Assembly: GCA_000934665.2 (NCBI GenBank)
Contig: KZ539134.1
Location: 1 to 32,458 of the forward strand
DNA: 32,458 nt
Direction: 5' to 3'
Source of the DNA: Catajapyx aquilonaris
Lineage: Eukaryota
Below the pieces are notes generated by a model, which ran no database searches, was not told the DNA's origin, and was given only the letters and a program-made list of their open reading frames with translations. The position numbers and the translations under genes were made by a program. This document shows, piece after piece, positions 11,754 to 22,853 of the stretch (positions within the stretch are counted from its first letter, which is position 1; every line of letters starts with the position of its first letter).

Positions 11754-12165
11754 GTGAGTGTTGGGGGGTGAGTGAATGTGGTAAGGGCCCAATTGTACTG
11801 GGGAGTAATGGAGTAATATGTTGTTATGCCCGTTAGAGCGAGAAGGTTTTCTCCTTGCGTGCGTTTTTGTGAGCTGGACAAGGTTTTGAAAAGGTTAAGA
11901 AATGCCTTTCCTGGGTGATTGGTCAAAAGAGTTTGGGAGGGGGGGGGGGGGAAGGTTGATTGAGAGGGGAGATAATTAACTACTGGTCTCAGCTATTACA
12001 AAATGAGGCTTGGCAAAACCTGCTTGTTTTGGGTGTCATATAGTATCTGGGAGGGAGAGCTTTCCTGTTCAACTTGAAATTGTGGGGTGGCATGTTTGAT
12101 TGCGGTATATGAATGTTGGCAATTCCCTGAAACTGGTGTCCACTTCCTAGTTAGCTACCGGAGCA

Positions 12166-12513
12166 ATGGGGTCAACCAGCACAGATATCACCATATCGCC
12201 GCAGAAGCCTTTCTGGACAGAGGACATGTGGTCTCTGGGCACCAATGGACACCTGTCCACTACCAACCCGCCACAGATTAACTACTATCGTCCGCCGGAT
12301 GTGAGTGGTGGCTTTGGCTCTGCATCAGTCAAGTCTCCAGAAGCAACCAGCCAGCCTGACATACCTGCTGACTGGTACCAAAGTCATCCCAAGTTGAACT
12401 ATCATGGACCTTTTCTCCAGAAGCTTAGTCAGATGCTGCTCTCAGATGCTGTGTTTGATGCGACTAGGCGGGACAGGAAAGTGGTGGAATGGAAGCCTCC
12501 ACATGAGCTGAAG
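12166..12513 (+). CDS. black: Aspartate 1-decarboxylase (black; GAD/CSAD family), coding exon 1 of 5. Full CDS join(12166-12513,12829-13411,13876-14023,14094-14517,14708-14881), 558 aa
   Basis: ATG after an acceptor; low-complexity N-terminus, then DAVFDATRRDRKVVEWKPPHELK. AAG|GTGTGT donor in phase 0. All intron phases are consistent (1677 nt total). Confidence 0.8.
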
Positions 12514-12828
12514 GTGTGTAATGTGGTTAAAATTAGACAATCTTTTTGGTGGGTCAGTTGTTTTCAAATGAGGTATGTCATGTGCAAGTGGCATTTTGAC
12601 TTGCCAGGAATGAAAATAGTACTGATGGGGATAAACAAAGGCTTTTATAATTTGAAACATTCGGGAATGTATTTTTATAATGGCAATATAACGCCACCTA
12701 GAAGTTGACTCTTCAAGGGCACACTATTTCCACAAGACAGGAAGTCGCAAATTTGGTGGTCATTGCCAAGTTAAGAAAAAGGATCTGTTGTAGTGGGAAT
12801 CGATTTTGACGTGATGTATGTTTTCCAG

Positions 12829-13411
12829 GAAATTCTTGACCTGGAGTTGCAAGACAAACCTGTGAGCCATGCAGAGCTTTTGCACCAAGTGGAGCAGACT
12901 GTGCGCTACAGCGTTCACACTGGGCACCCTCACTTCGTCAATCAGCTCTTCTCAGGAGTGGATCCATATGGACTTGCTGGCCAGTGGGTCACAGATGCCC
13001 TCAACCCTAGTGTGTATACATACGAAGTTGCCCCAGTCTTCTCATTGATGGAAGAAGCTGTCCTAAGTGAAATGAGGCGCAGGGTTGGCTATCCCAATGG
13101 AGATGGGGATGGAATCTTCTGCCCAGGTGGTTCCATGGCCAATGGTTATGCCATCAGCTGTGCCAGGTACAAGTTTGCACCGGAGATCAAGAATAAGGGC
13201 CTGTCAGGACTTCCTCGACTTGTATTGCTGACCTCCGAGGATGCTCATTACTCCATTCAGAAGATGGCGTCACTGCTGGGACTTGGAGCAGATAATGCAT
13301 TGAAGGTGAAGACAGATGAATATGGAAGGATGGATCCCACAGATTTGGAGGCACAGGTGGTGAAGGCCATTGAAGAAGGAGCTCGTCCATTCATGGTGTC
13401 CTCAACTTCTG
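12829..13411 (+). CDS. black: Aspartate 1-decarboxylase, coding exon 2
   Basis: TTCCAG|GAA acceptor. YSVHTGHPHFVNQLFSG, NPSVYTYEVAPVF, GIFCPGGSMANGYA, SEDAHYS. Donor G|GTGAAT in phase 1. Confidence 0.92.
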
Positions 13412-13875
13412 GTGAATATTTCAAATTTAATTTTTTTAAATTTTTGGGGAAAGGCCCTCATGATTGGAGAAACTTGTCCAAACTGTTGCAGACAATAGTG
13501 AAATTCACGTGGTTGAGTTTTCTCAATTATTTAAGACTCGTGCATTCCATAGGCAGCATTCAAGTGTTGTGCCTGTTGCCATTTGAGAGAGGTGCCTGTA
13601 CTGAGTCAAGTTGTGCGTATTATATGCAGTATGTTTGGTTTGCTGCTTTTCAATGATATTGTGGGGGCACATATGGAATATTTTGATAATTTTGTTCATA
13701 TGCATGAGGGGTGTATGCAAGTATTGTTTCCTATGGAATTGGTGCGGAACCAACAATTTTTACCTGCACTGTTGTAGGAAAACCCTATAATTTAACTTTC
13801 ATTGCAACATCATAATCATAAGATTTGTGACTTGTCGGCTATATCTGCCTAACACCCGTATTGTTTCACTTGCAG

Positions 13876-14023
13876 GAACCACAGTCCTGGGTGCATTTGA
13901 CCCCATCCCAGCTATTGCTGCAGTGTGCAAGAAGTATGACATGTGGCTCCATGTTGATGCTGCCTGGGGAGGTGGTGCGCTCATGTCACGTACCCATCGC
14001 CAAAAGATGGAAGGAGTTGAACT
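13876..14023 (+). CDS. black: Aspartate 1-decarboxylase, coding exon 3
   Basis: TGCAG|GA acceptor. [10 protein letters not shown]...[11 protein letters not shown]. Donor CT|GTAAGA in phase 2. Confidence 0.92.
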
Positions 14024-14093
14024 GTAAGAAATGGTGTCCAATTTGCATATTTAGTTAAATTTTCCTATTCTAATTGATATTACCCTTCAACAG

Positions 14094-14517
14094 TGCTGAC
14101 TCGGTGACCTGGAACCCACACAAGCTGCTTGGGGCCCCTCAGCAGTGCTCGACCTTCCTTACTCGCCATCCAGATGTGCTACGAGAGGCTCACTCAGCTC
14201 ATGCAACTTACCTGTTCCAGAAGGACAAATGCTACGATCCTTCTTATGACTCTGGAGATAAGCATGTGCAGTGTGGTCGCAGGGCAGATGTGTACAAGTT
14301 TTGGCTCATGTGGAAGGCAAAGGGTTCTGAGGGTCTGGAGCGCCATGTTGATCGTCTCTTCAGCCTATCATCATATCTGACACAATCGGTCAAGTCAAGG
14401 GAGGGGTTCAAGCTGGTGCTGGAGGAGCCTGAATGCACCAATGTATGCTTTTGGTACATCCCACCTAGCCTGAGGGGAAAGGAGGACCAACCTGACTTCA
14501 GCAGCAAGTTACACAAG
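14094..14517 (+). CDS. black: Aspartate 1-decarboxylase, coding exon 4 (PLP-binding lysine)
   Basis: AACAG|T acceptor. ADSVTWNPHKLLGAPQQCS, YLFQKDK, QCGRRADVYKFWLMWKAKG. Donor AAG|GTTTGT. Confidence 0.92.
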
Positions 14518-14707
14518 GTTTGTACAGACAAGTCTTATACTTTCAGTGTTGTCATTGTGAAATCAGTACCATTCTTTGGTTGACATAGCGAGTTAATAGA
14601 ATGTTGCATGAATTGGCAGAACTCTTCCCACTGTTGAATTTTGGTTTCATTGTGTGATTGTGGAGCCTTGAAAATAAGTTTCCAATCTAACGAATACTTC
14701 TCGACAG

Positions 14708-14881
14708 GTGGCATCAAGCATAAAGGGCCGCATGATGAAAGAAGGGAGCATGATGGTGACGTACCAGCCACTGAGGGACCTGCCAAACTTCTTCCGCATT
14801 GTGCTGCAGAACTCAGGACTTGATGAAGTGGACATGGACTTCTTCCTAGATGAGATTGAGCGGCTGGGCTGTGACCTCTAA
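14708..14881 (+). CDS. black: Aspartate 1-decarboxylase, terminal coding exon (absent from the ORF track in this frame)
   Basis: GACAG|GTG acceptor. VASSIKGRMMKEGSMMVTYQPLRDLPNFFRIVLQNSGLDEVDMDFFLDEIERLGCDL*. Confidence 0.92.
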   Translation: MASSIKGRMMKEGSMMVTYQPLRDLPNFFRIVLQNSGLDEVDMDFFLDEIERLGCDL

Positions 14882-15189
14882 ACAGGTCCTTTTTAATGAC
14901 TGACCCTGTCATGGGTTTAGATTACATTCGTGATATTTTTGATTGTTGCCTGCACTGTTCACTAATGTCAATCAGTATTAATGGATTTTAATGGCAAATT
15001 GGTGAACACATGTCGTTGACAAGGTAATAGGAGGCTGTTTTTAGAATCTTAGTTGAAAATTGTACTTTCGATATATCTTGGATAAGAGCATCACAACCTC
15101 TTGTACTCTGAGAATTTTAAATGCCCTGTTTCCTGGCGTAATGAGACCCTATTTATGAAAATGTATCTTAGTTTTGCAGTTTTAACATG

Positions 15190-15195
15190 AATAAA
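15190..15195 (+). terminator. Candidate polyadenylation signal of ADC/black
   Basis: First AATAAA I found after the stop codon, followed by T-rich sequence. Confidence 0.55.
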
Positions 15196-15279
15196 GTTGT
15201 ATTTATATATGAGAATATGCTTTTATATATTTGGTCTTGAAGGTTCTGCAGAAGTAGATGGTTGCAATCGACCCCCAGA

Positions 15280-15575
15280 CACTCCCCCTATAATCAGTTC
15301 TTATCGCCTGACGGAGCGTTTTGCAGGAGGTACTCACTTGAGAGCGCCTGTCTCTGATACAAATACATGTGGCGACCCTACCTGACCGCGCTGAACTTAG
15401 GAAGAAGGGAAGAGTCGTTGAAATTGGGAATCGCATACGAGTAATACTCATGAGTCTTAATTTTGTCCGACACTTCTCTTCTACCAAAGTTCAGCCACAT
15501 GTATTTGAATCGGAGACGGGCGCTCTCAAGTCAGCACCTCCCACAAAACGCCCTGTCAGGCGATAAAAGGGAGTG
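15280..15575. mobile_element. Foldback MITE with 73-bp subterminal arms
   Basis: 15301-15373 pairs with about 15494-15566 (9 mismatches). Termini CACTCCC ... GGGAGTG. TSD not clean. Confidence 0.7.
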
Positions 15576-15703
15576 ACCAGACCTAATAAGTATTCTTAGG
15601 CCATGGTTGCAATGTACTTTTAACATAACCTGACTCTACTTTTGCTATTGAAACTGATAACTGACTGCTTGTGATAGTTGTCAGTTGTATACAAGTTCAC
15701 GGG

Positions 15704-16190
15704 TCTTTTTTCTTATCTAATATAGCCTGAAGTGGTTATTTTTGTGTAGCTTGTTGTGCCACAATCCAGTTGCCCCCTTTCTCCCAGGTGGCTGAATATA
15801 GTAGTTGCTATACATTGTGTAAATCATAAGCGTGTCACCAGAAAAGATGGTAGTAGAGGGCGCAGGTGTGAGCATTTTTTGCAAAAGGAACTAGGTGTCG
15901 GAAACACACCCTCACCCAGTTACCACCCTTTCAAATTTGCGGCAGGCAGTGTGCAAGAGGCATGCGGCACGCGGTGGATGAGTAGGTGAGGGGGGATTGG
16001 CAGGTGCGTTTCCGACCGCTAGTTCCTTATGCAAAAATGCTTACACCTGCGCCCTCTACCACTATCTTTTCTGGTGACACAGCTTAGGATTTACACCCTG
16101 CAGAATGGGGGACCTGGATTGGGGGTACTAAAAGCAGAAAAGCTACACAAAAATAACCACTTTGGGCTATATTAGTGATAAGAAACAAGA
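15704..16190. mobile_element. Foldback element with imperfect arms of about 200 bp
   Basis: For example AAGTGGTTATTTTTGTGTAGCTT / AAGCTACACAAAAATAACCACTT and GTGTCACCAGAAAAGAT / ATCTTTTCTGGTGACAC. Confidence 0.8.
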
Positions 16191-16328
16191 TTGGCAAATC
16201 ACAGGAGCGTTATTAGAGTCTACTTTTTCTCATTTATTCAAGTAGGTTAATGACTAGCATTGTTGTCAATGCCAATCTGCATGTCGCTTTTTTTCTATAT
16301 TTCAGTAGATGGCTAATTATACCGCCTG

Positions 16329-16457
16329 CGCCTCTCTCCTACCCCCTGACTGCCCATTCCCCCTGACATCCCAGTACTCCCCCCCCTCCACCCCACCCCC
16401 AGATCACCCTTTCCCCTCTCCCTCCTCCTCCTACCCCCAGACTGCCCCTTTCCCCTT
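16329..16457. repeat. C-rich low-complexity tract with degenerate CCCC(A/T)GA units
   Basis: Read directly; many G-runs on the minus strand. Confidence 0.7.
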
Positions 16458-16638
16458 TAAAAAGTCTATCCTAGGGTAATTCCTCCCGGAAGAGTCATTA
16501 TCCAAAAATTAAGTCATTCATTGTGAGGTGGCTATGACTTACTGAAAGCAGATCATTGTCATTTTGTCAGATGAAGGCGTAGCAATGTTGTGCTACCAGA
16601 TAGCAGCAGAACCATGGAATAGTCGAGATACAAGGAGT

Positions 16639-16680
16639 CGTAACTGACGCAACTTCACAAGGTTTGTTGCGTCAGTTACG
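16639..16680. repeat. Perfect 15-bp stem hairpin
   Basis: CGTAACTGACGCAAC - 12 nt - GTTGCGTCAGTTACG. Confidence 0.85.
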
Positions 16681-16712
16681 TTAATCCTATTTTCTCCTGA
16701 AAATACGAATAT

Positions 16713-17049
16713 ATATATATATATATTTTTTTTGCATTACCCCATTGGGAGTTACATTTCCTTTAGGGGGGTGGAATACCACCATTTGGGTGGAACCGGT
16801 ATACTAAGATAGTATTTAGTGTGTTCCAAGGGTAGGTAGGAGGGGATGTGCAAAGTGCGTGTGCAATGTCGTTGATGTGCCGTTTTGTGAACTCCCCCGG
16901 GTGGCATATGTGAAAGGATCGCCACCCGAAACGAAGCCAGAGACGGTCTCACTCTGCACGAAAGAAGGTGGGAACCCTGGGTGGGGATTGAACCCGGGAC
17001 CTTAACTTTCGTGGGCGCACGCGTTACCTCGGCGCCACTCCGTCTCCCC
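16713..17049 (-). mobile_element. tRNA-derived SINE, family A
   Basis: Head GGGGAGACGGAGTGGCGCCGAGG (A box) ... GGTTCAATCC (B box). A/AT tail. 15-bp TSD TGAAAATACGAATAT (16698-16712, 17051-17065). Confidence 0.9.
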
Positions 17050-17195
17050 TTGAAAATACGAATATCAACAGGCATGATCTAAAGTAATCACAAAATTGCT
17101 CCTGAGGAGTAGATCCCATATCAGTTGTAACATATTACTTCAAAACACATTCAGCTCACAGGGTTTCACGTCATTAGAGCACCCCCCCCCCCCCC

Positions 17196-17386
17196 NNNNN
17201 NNNNNNNNNNNNNNNNNNNNNNNNNNNNNNNNNNNNNNNNNNNNNNNNNNNNNNNNNNNNNNNNNNNNNNNNNNNNNNNNNNNNNNNNNNNNNNNNNNNN
17301 NNNNNNNNNNNNNNNNNNNNNNNNNNNNNNNNNNNNNNNNNNNNNNNNNNNNNNNNNNNNNNNNNNNNNNNNNNNNNNNNNNNNNN
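17196..17386. other. Assembly gap (191 N) flanked by poly-C and poly-G
   Basis: Read directly. Confidence 0.99.
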
Positions 17387-19393
17387 GGGGGGGGGGGGGG
17401 GGGGGCTGGCTGGGATAGAGTGAACTCAGAACCATAAAATCGAAGGAAAAGAAAAAGTCTTCTAGCATGGCTCTGTCTGTCTGATACCTGTCCACAGAGC
17501 CATTCTATAAGACATTTTTTCTCGAAAAAGTCTAAAACAACTGATGAACTTGGAAGGGAAAATCTTGACATAGTGAATATTAGACAGCAGCATTGAAGAT
17601 TCTTGTATTTTGCTTTTATAAAAATTGGGCCCAAGTGACCTTTCTGCAAGATCCACTGGGTTTAGGAGGGTGAAGTTGTGGAATCCTTCCTTATGTTAGC
17701 AAGCCCGCAGAAGGCTGCTTGACAACGTATTACTGCTGCATCATAAGTATAATTTTCTTGAGGTTGGGTACGTGCACCAGTCTGATGGAAATATTGTATC
17801 TTGTATGTATTATTCTATCTTGTTTGTAATATTGGTATTGTATCTATTGTATCTTGGTTAATAAATCGGGTACGAGAGGCTGTAGAGCCGCATTGGCTGG
17901 TCAGCCCTTAACACCCCTTTAAAGTCTGACGGAAACTTGCACCAGTCTGATGGAAACTTGAGTAACATGGCTGTGTAGAGATTCTGTATCTCATTATTAT
18001 CCAGGAAACTGATGCAAGTGAGGATCTCCTTTTGAGCCATCCAGTAAACTGGGATCAGAAGTGCTGCATGACATAAGTCTCGATTGTCACCTGGAAAGAT
18101 TGTGCCTATCACTTTGGACCTGTCTTAATATATTGAGTGGCGATAGATCCATCAATCTGATCAAGCTTGATGGGGGTGGGTAGAGTGGGTGGTGTCATGG
18201 TGATAATGATCGGTCCTCACTTGCTTACTTCCTATTCAGTTTGAAATAGATGAGTAATGTTGGAAAATCTTTCCAGGTTCTAATATGAATAATTATTGTA
18301 CTGTACAATAATTCCACTGACCTGATCAACTTGTACACAACCGTCATAAATGCCGTCTTGCATGTCCCACACATTTTAATATTAAATTCAGTATTATATT
18401 ATGGGAGGGTGAGACATGCCCCAGCCTTCCACCTATGCATTTGATCCCTAGGTCGTACAGAGAAATTTCTCATGTGAAAAGATTGTTGACTGGTTTTCTC
18501 CACGTTCGCTTTGGAATTCACAAGTTTCTCCTGTTTTATCCCACAATCAGAATCAATCAACAGTGCAGTCAACCAATAAAGCCACGATTTTTTTTAAATC
18601 CAGGAAAACTCACTATTTTTGGTAGTTGACAGCAATAATCACATATCTGTCAAATAGCCTACCATGTGCATCAGTCAAATGAAACGTGTACGTGCACCAT
18701 TATCAGACTAGGGCTGTATGTCATAGATCACTTCTCGGACATTCAAGGGACAAATTTTATACCAGTAAGTTAGCACCTTGGTCAGCCAGCCAGCCGTGCA
18801 TGGTATTAGACACCATGCTTTAGGTCGACTTCAAGTCCACAGCTTGACATCTGAGACTCCAAGGCAACCTTGGTACCGGGTGTGGACGTTTGCACCATCG
18901 TCGGATTATTGGTGAGCCGATATCGGTGAGTATAACATATCCTGCTGCCAAAGGGCTGAATTGTCAAAAAAAGTTGTAGGTGTGTACGATAGTTGTGTAG
19001 TTCTGGGCTAAAACCATTGCTTTGCAGCACCCATAAATGAACAAAAAAATGACAGTAAACAGCTGCATTTCTTTATATTTTGTTACGCGAATGTAACCCC
19101 CATATGTCTCGGGTATTAAATATTATTGTTGTATCACGGACTGAATGCCTGTAAAACAGTGATTCCAGTACTACTGATATGTATGCTTGTACTGTAAGCA
19201 TCTCATATCCTATAGTGACCTTTTTCGATCGGTCACTGTTAAACTTCTGTGTGGTACAGTACAAGGCCAGAGGACAACGACCTCGTTGCCGATCTGCTAT
19301 GGTAGCGCGACACATATTTTGTTAATGGATTGGACAATTTGCTAAACATGCTGGTATTTATTTTGAGAAGAATCAAAATCACATGCTGTATAT

Positions 19394-20290
19394 CCTCCTG
19401 AGACCCAGCGTCCAGTATACTGGACATCTGGAAAAGTTTTTTTGGCGCCAACTAGTGATGCCAACAGAACTGTAATCTGTTGGTATCCCATGATTACAAT
19501 CTGGCCTCAATAGCTGTAGCCACCTAGTGTCGAATATCTGACTTGGGCCGCGAAAATTAAATCGCGGAAAAAAATGGCGGATGCCGCTGCTGAAGCAAGG
19601 CGCTCATCTGATAAGTTTTATTTTTTTTCTCATATTTAGAGTGCGAATTTCGTCAATGTATGGAATGTCCTGGGATTCGCAAGGAATGTGCATTAGGAAA
19701 TACGAAAAAAATTGTCGGTGACAATCTTTGTCGCTGTAGAGATCTGGTAATTTTCTTTTCTTCCTGAGACAAAATGTCCATTTGAATGGACATCCTATTT
19801 TTATTTTTTTTAACTGAATGGGTGTGACTTTTCTTTAAGTGCCTGTACCTATACACCCACAAGGAAGTGCGCTTTTCACTATGCAGTTCAGTTTCAAAAT
19901 CTAGAATAGCAAGGTACCACTTTAGCGGGTAAGAAGGGAAGGAGCAAGACCCATGCTTGGAGTGGTGGCGTTAAAAAATAATTTCATTTAACTTTAATTG
20001 TCTTCTGAGAGGAATTGCTATCACGAATTCCACAAATGAATTTAAAAAACATTGTTTTGAGGATAGAGCACTATGTGAGTGATCCATTAAGGGGTATTTC
20101 AATTTTCAGCTTTCATCCGTTCTGCTTCTGTAGCAGCAAATGAATGCCAATGTTCTCATTGGTTGTTTGTCACCATTTTTGTCGATATTTTAAAACTAAA
20201 ATTTTTTTCTCGTTTCTTACTGGGAGAATGTTCAGAAAATGCAATAGGAACTGATATTGGGTTACTCAATTCTTCTCGGGTCTCAGGAGG
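19394..20290. mobile_element. Non-autonomous DNA transposon (piggyBac-like ends), better-preserved copy 2
   Basis: Perfect 13-bp TIR CCTCCTGAGACCC ... GGGTCTCAGGAGG with ATAT on both sides (19390-19393, 20291-20294). Same family and orientation as 3517-4401. Confidence 0.88.
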
Positions 20291-20607
20291 ATATACCGGT
20301 AGGCTACCTGACTTTTTGGATTATTTGTAGCCTACATACCGTACAGTACTGTACGTACTATATCGCTCAAAAAGATAGAGACAATTGGCATTTGATTCAA
20401 GTGCAAGTTGCACTTGAGTCAAATCCAAAATCGTCTTTATCTTTTTGGGCGATATAGTACATTGGCCGTCATTCTTTCTGCAAAAATTAGAAAAAAAACC
20501 ACTCGAAAATATTTTCACATAGAGGGAAGGTATTTCCAATAAACATGTTTGCAAGAGTTATTAGGCAGTATATATTTTACATAACGAGGATTTTGGTAAG
20601 AAATATG

Positions 20608-20742
20608 CAAGGGGGTAACCACTTCAGTACTCCGTCTCCGGTGAACACCTGCGAGTTGTACTCCCAGTCCCAGGTACTCCTTAGGTACTCCTTGAATTTG
20701 GTACTCCAGTGTACACTTTTCAGTCGAGTGGTTACCCCCTTG
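20608..20742. mobile_element. 135-bp MITE with 8-bp TSD (P- or hAT-like)
   Basis: Perfect 16-bp TIR CAAGGGGGTAACCACT / AGTGGTTACCCCCTTG. TSD GAAATATG (20600-20607, 20743-20750). Confidence 0.88.
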
Positions 20743-21302
20743 GAAATATGTTTCCCATACACCTATGGCAGTCCCAGCTTAAAACTAAAGTCAGAGATCG
20801 GAACTTTCTATACTATGATTTTCCACTCCAAACTAACTCTGATTTACACTAATTGGGTTACCTATTAAATCTGTCCTGAGCAGCTCAGATAGCAAAATAG
20901 CACATGGTCATGTAGCCAAGAGTATAAGCAAATAGCAGGCAATGGTAGTCAGTCTTGAACATTTTCTTAATGTGATGTACAATTTTGAAAACATAATCTC
21001 ACCTGTCAGTAATAAATTTTGCCCTAAAATAGGAGATAGTGTCCAGGATGTACGAGTATGCCTCTGAATCAAACTGCTGAACATACAGTATAGTTTAAAA
21101 TAATATGTTCCAATGTTCGGTACCGCATTCAAGTGGATACCCGCTCCTTACAGTAAATGACGACATATACATAGACACAATATGGTCTGTCTGTCATAAC
21201 TTTAGGACACAATGTATCACTGTACTTGCGTGTATGTGAATTAGTATGGGCCATTTGCCTAAAATTGAGCATTAGCTAGAAACCATATAAGTGCTATCTG
21301 TA

Positions 21303-21751
21303 AGTCGGAGTCAAAGTTTGACCGTCCTGGGTTTTCCCCAACCACCCAAATCCTCCTGTCCCAACCCCACCACCTCCAAAATGTGACCATTTCTTCCGAT
21401 CCTAATCCACAAAAGGGTTCTGGAGAAAGAGATTAAAATGCGATGGTGCCTTAAGTCTCCTGTAAGATAAATAATTTACAAGAATTAACTACTAACAGTA
21501 AGACACGGGGAGGCATGGTGGTCTAGTGGTTACGCCAACTGGCCAGCCAAGAGGGAGGCCGGGGTTCAAATCTCGTCCCCGTCACCTCTGCTTGGCCGGG
21601 TCTTTTTCCGCTTTTCACCCGACATGCCGGGGCAGAAATGCACTCCCTACTCTGCCCGGGGCCAGCAGAAAAGGTCTGGTGTATTTCACAGTCAGAAATG
21701 ACTAAAAATTCAGCGCCCGCCCTTGGGAACCTCCCCTTCCCCCCTAAGAAA

Positions 21752-21809
<58 letters not shown>

Positions 21810-22610
21810 AGACGCAGCACTGGTCGTATAGTAGGAATCAGAACATGATGAACTTTTTTTTAAAAAATGTAGAGCTGTAAATTGCAACAGTGCAAGGGTT
21901 TGGGCTGGTCATGATAGGAGGGGGTCAGATAAGTGAGATCCTTCCTATTCTACCCTCCTTGGGCTTATAGCAGATGGGGTAGTGCCGTAGTGGACATTCT
22001 AAACTAATCCGATAACTTTTTAAAAGACGCACCTTTTTGCATTTTTGACAGCAAATATGAATTCTAAGGTGTCGAAAACCAATATTTTCATACCTAATTC
22101 ATACCAGGCATGTCAAAAATAGATCTAGTATAACTTTAACAAGTTTTCTTAATATACACCTGGGTTTCCGTGGGCCTGTTTGTGACATGCCTGGTACGAA
22201 TCGAGTATGAAAAGATAGGCTTTCGACACCTTAGAATTCATATTTGCTGTCAAAAATGCAAAAAGGTGCGTACTTAAAAAAGTTATCGGATTATTATAAA
22301 AGGTCAACTTCCCCACCTGCTATAAGCCCGAGGAGGGTAGATTAGGAAGGGTCTCACTTATCTGACCTCCTCCTACTGTGGCCAGCCCAAACCCTTGCAC
22401 TGTTGCAATTTACAGCTCTACCCTTTTTTTTTTAAAGTTCATCATGTTCTGATTCCTACTATATATCGGCGTCTGTACTAGGCAACACCGGTTTCTGGCC
22501 TGACCCATACGAACCCTTTTGAGGATTAGGCGTGGTAGTAATGCGTCACATTTTGGAGGTGGTGGGGTTGGGAAAAACCCAGGAACTCCCGTCAAGCTTC
22601 GACTCCGACT
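21303..22610. mobile_element. Foldback element of about 1.3 kb with a SINE inserted in its left arm
   Basis: Outer arms 21303-21420 / 22511-22610. Inner arms 21827-22114 / 22183-22463, highly similar with a few indels. Confidence 0.85.
21507..21807 (+). mobile_element. tRNA-derived SINE, family D, with (ACT)n tail
   Basis: A box TGGTCTAGTGG, B box GGTTCAAATC. (ACT)n from 21752. Probable TSD TAAGACAC / TAAGACGC. Confidence 0.8.
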
Positions 22611-22853
22611 ATACCCAATGCTACTACACAGTACACACTCCTTACACAATATGATAATATTTGAACTTTGAGGTAGCTGTTTGGTAGTGACGTGTACTCA
22701 GCTGATATATATTTAGAGTAGCTACCACTACCAGTAAAAGGCAGAACTCTGTGATAACGTTTTGAAGAGAGAGAGGATTGACAGAGAATACACTCGAGGT
22801 AAATCCTTCTTAGCTGGCCTTGCTGATTTTTTTTCATCCGTTGGTGTCGTATT
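22611..22853 (-). other. Candidate downstream or terminal exon of the dsx gene (3' end undefined)
   Basis: Strong minus-strand acceptor CTAATTATTTGATTTCTCCTTCCACAG|AATACG with a branch-point-like CTAAT. Confidence 0.4.

Noticed and set aside
13412..13656. ORF-track extensions of ADC exons (also 12514-12708 and 14518-14583) and of DLST (2649-2696)
   Set aside because: Read-through into introns past clear GT donors; family similarity stops at the donors.
17096..17649. ORFs spanning the N gap; possible hAT 5' end (CAGGG at 17159)
   Set aside because: The ORFs are gap artefacts; no matching TIR or TSD found.
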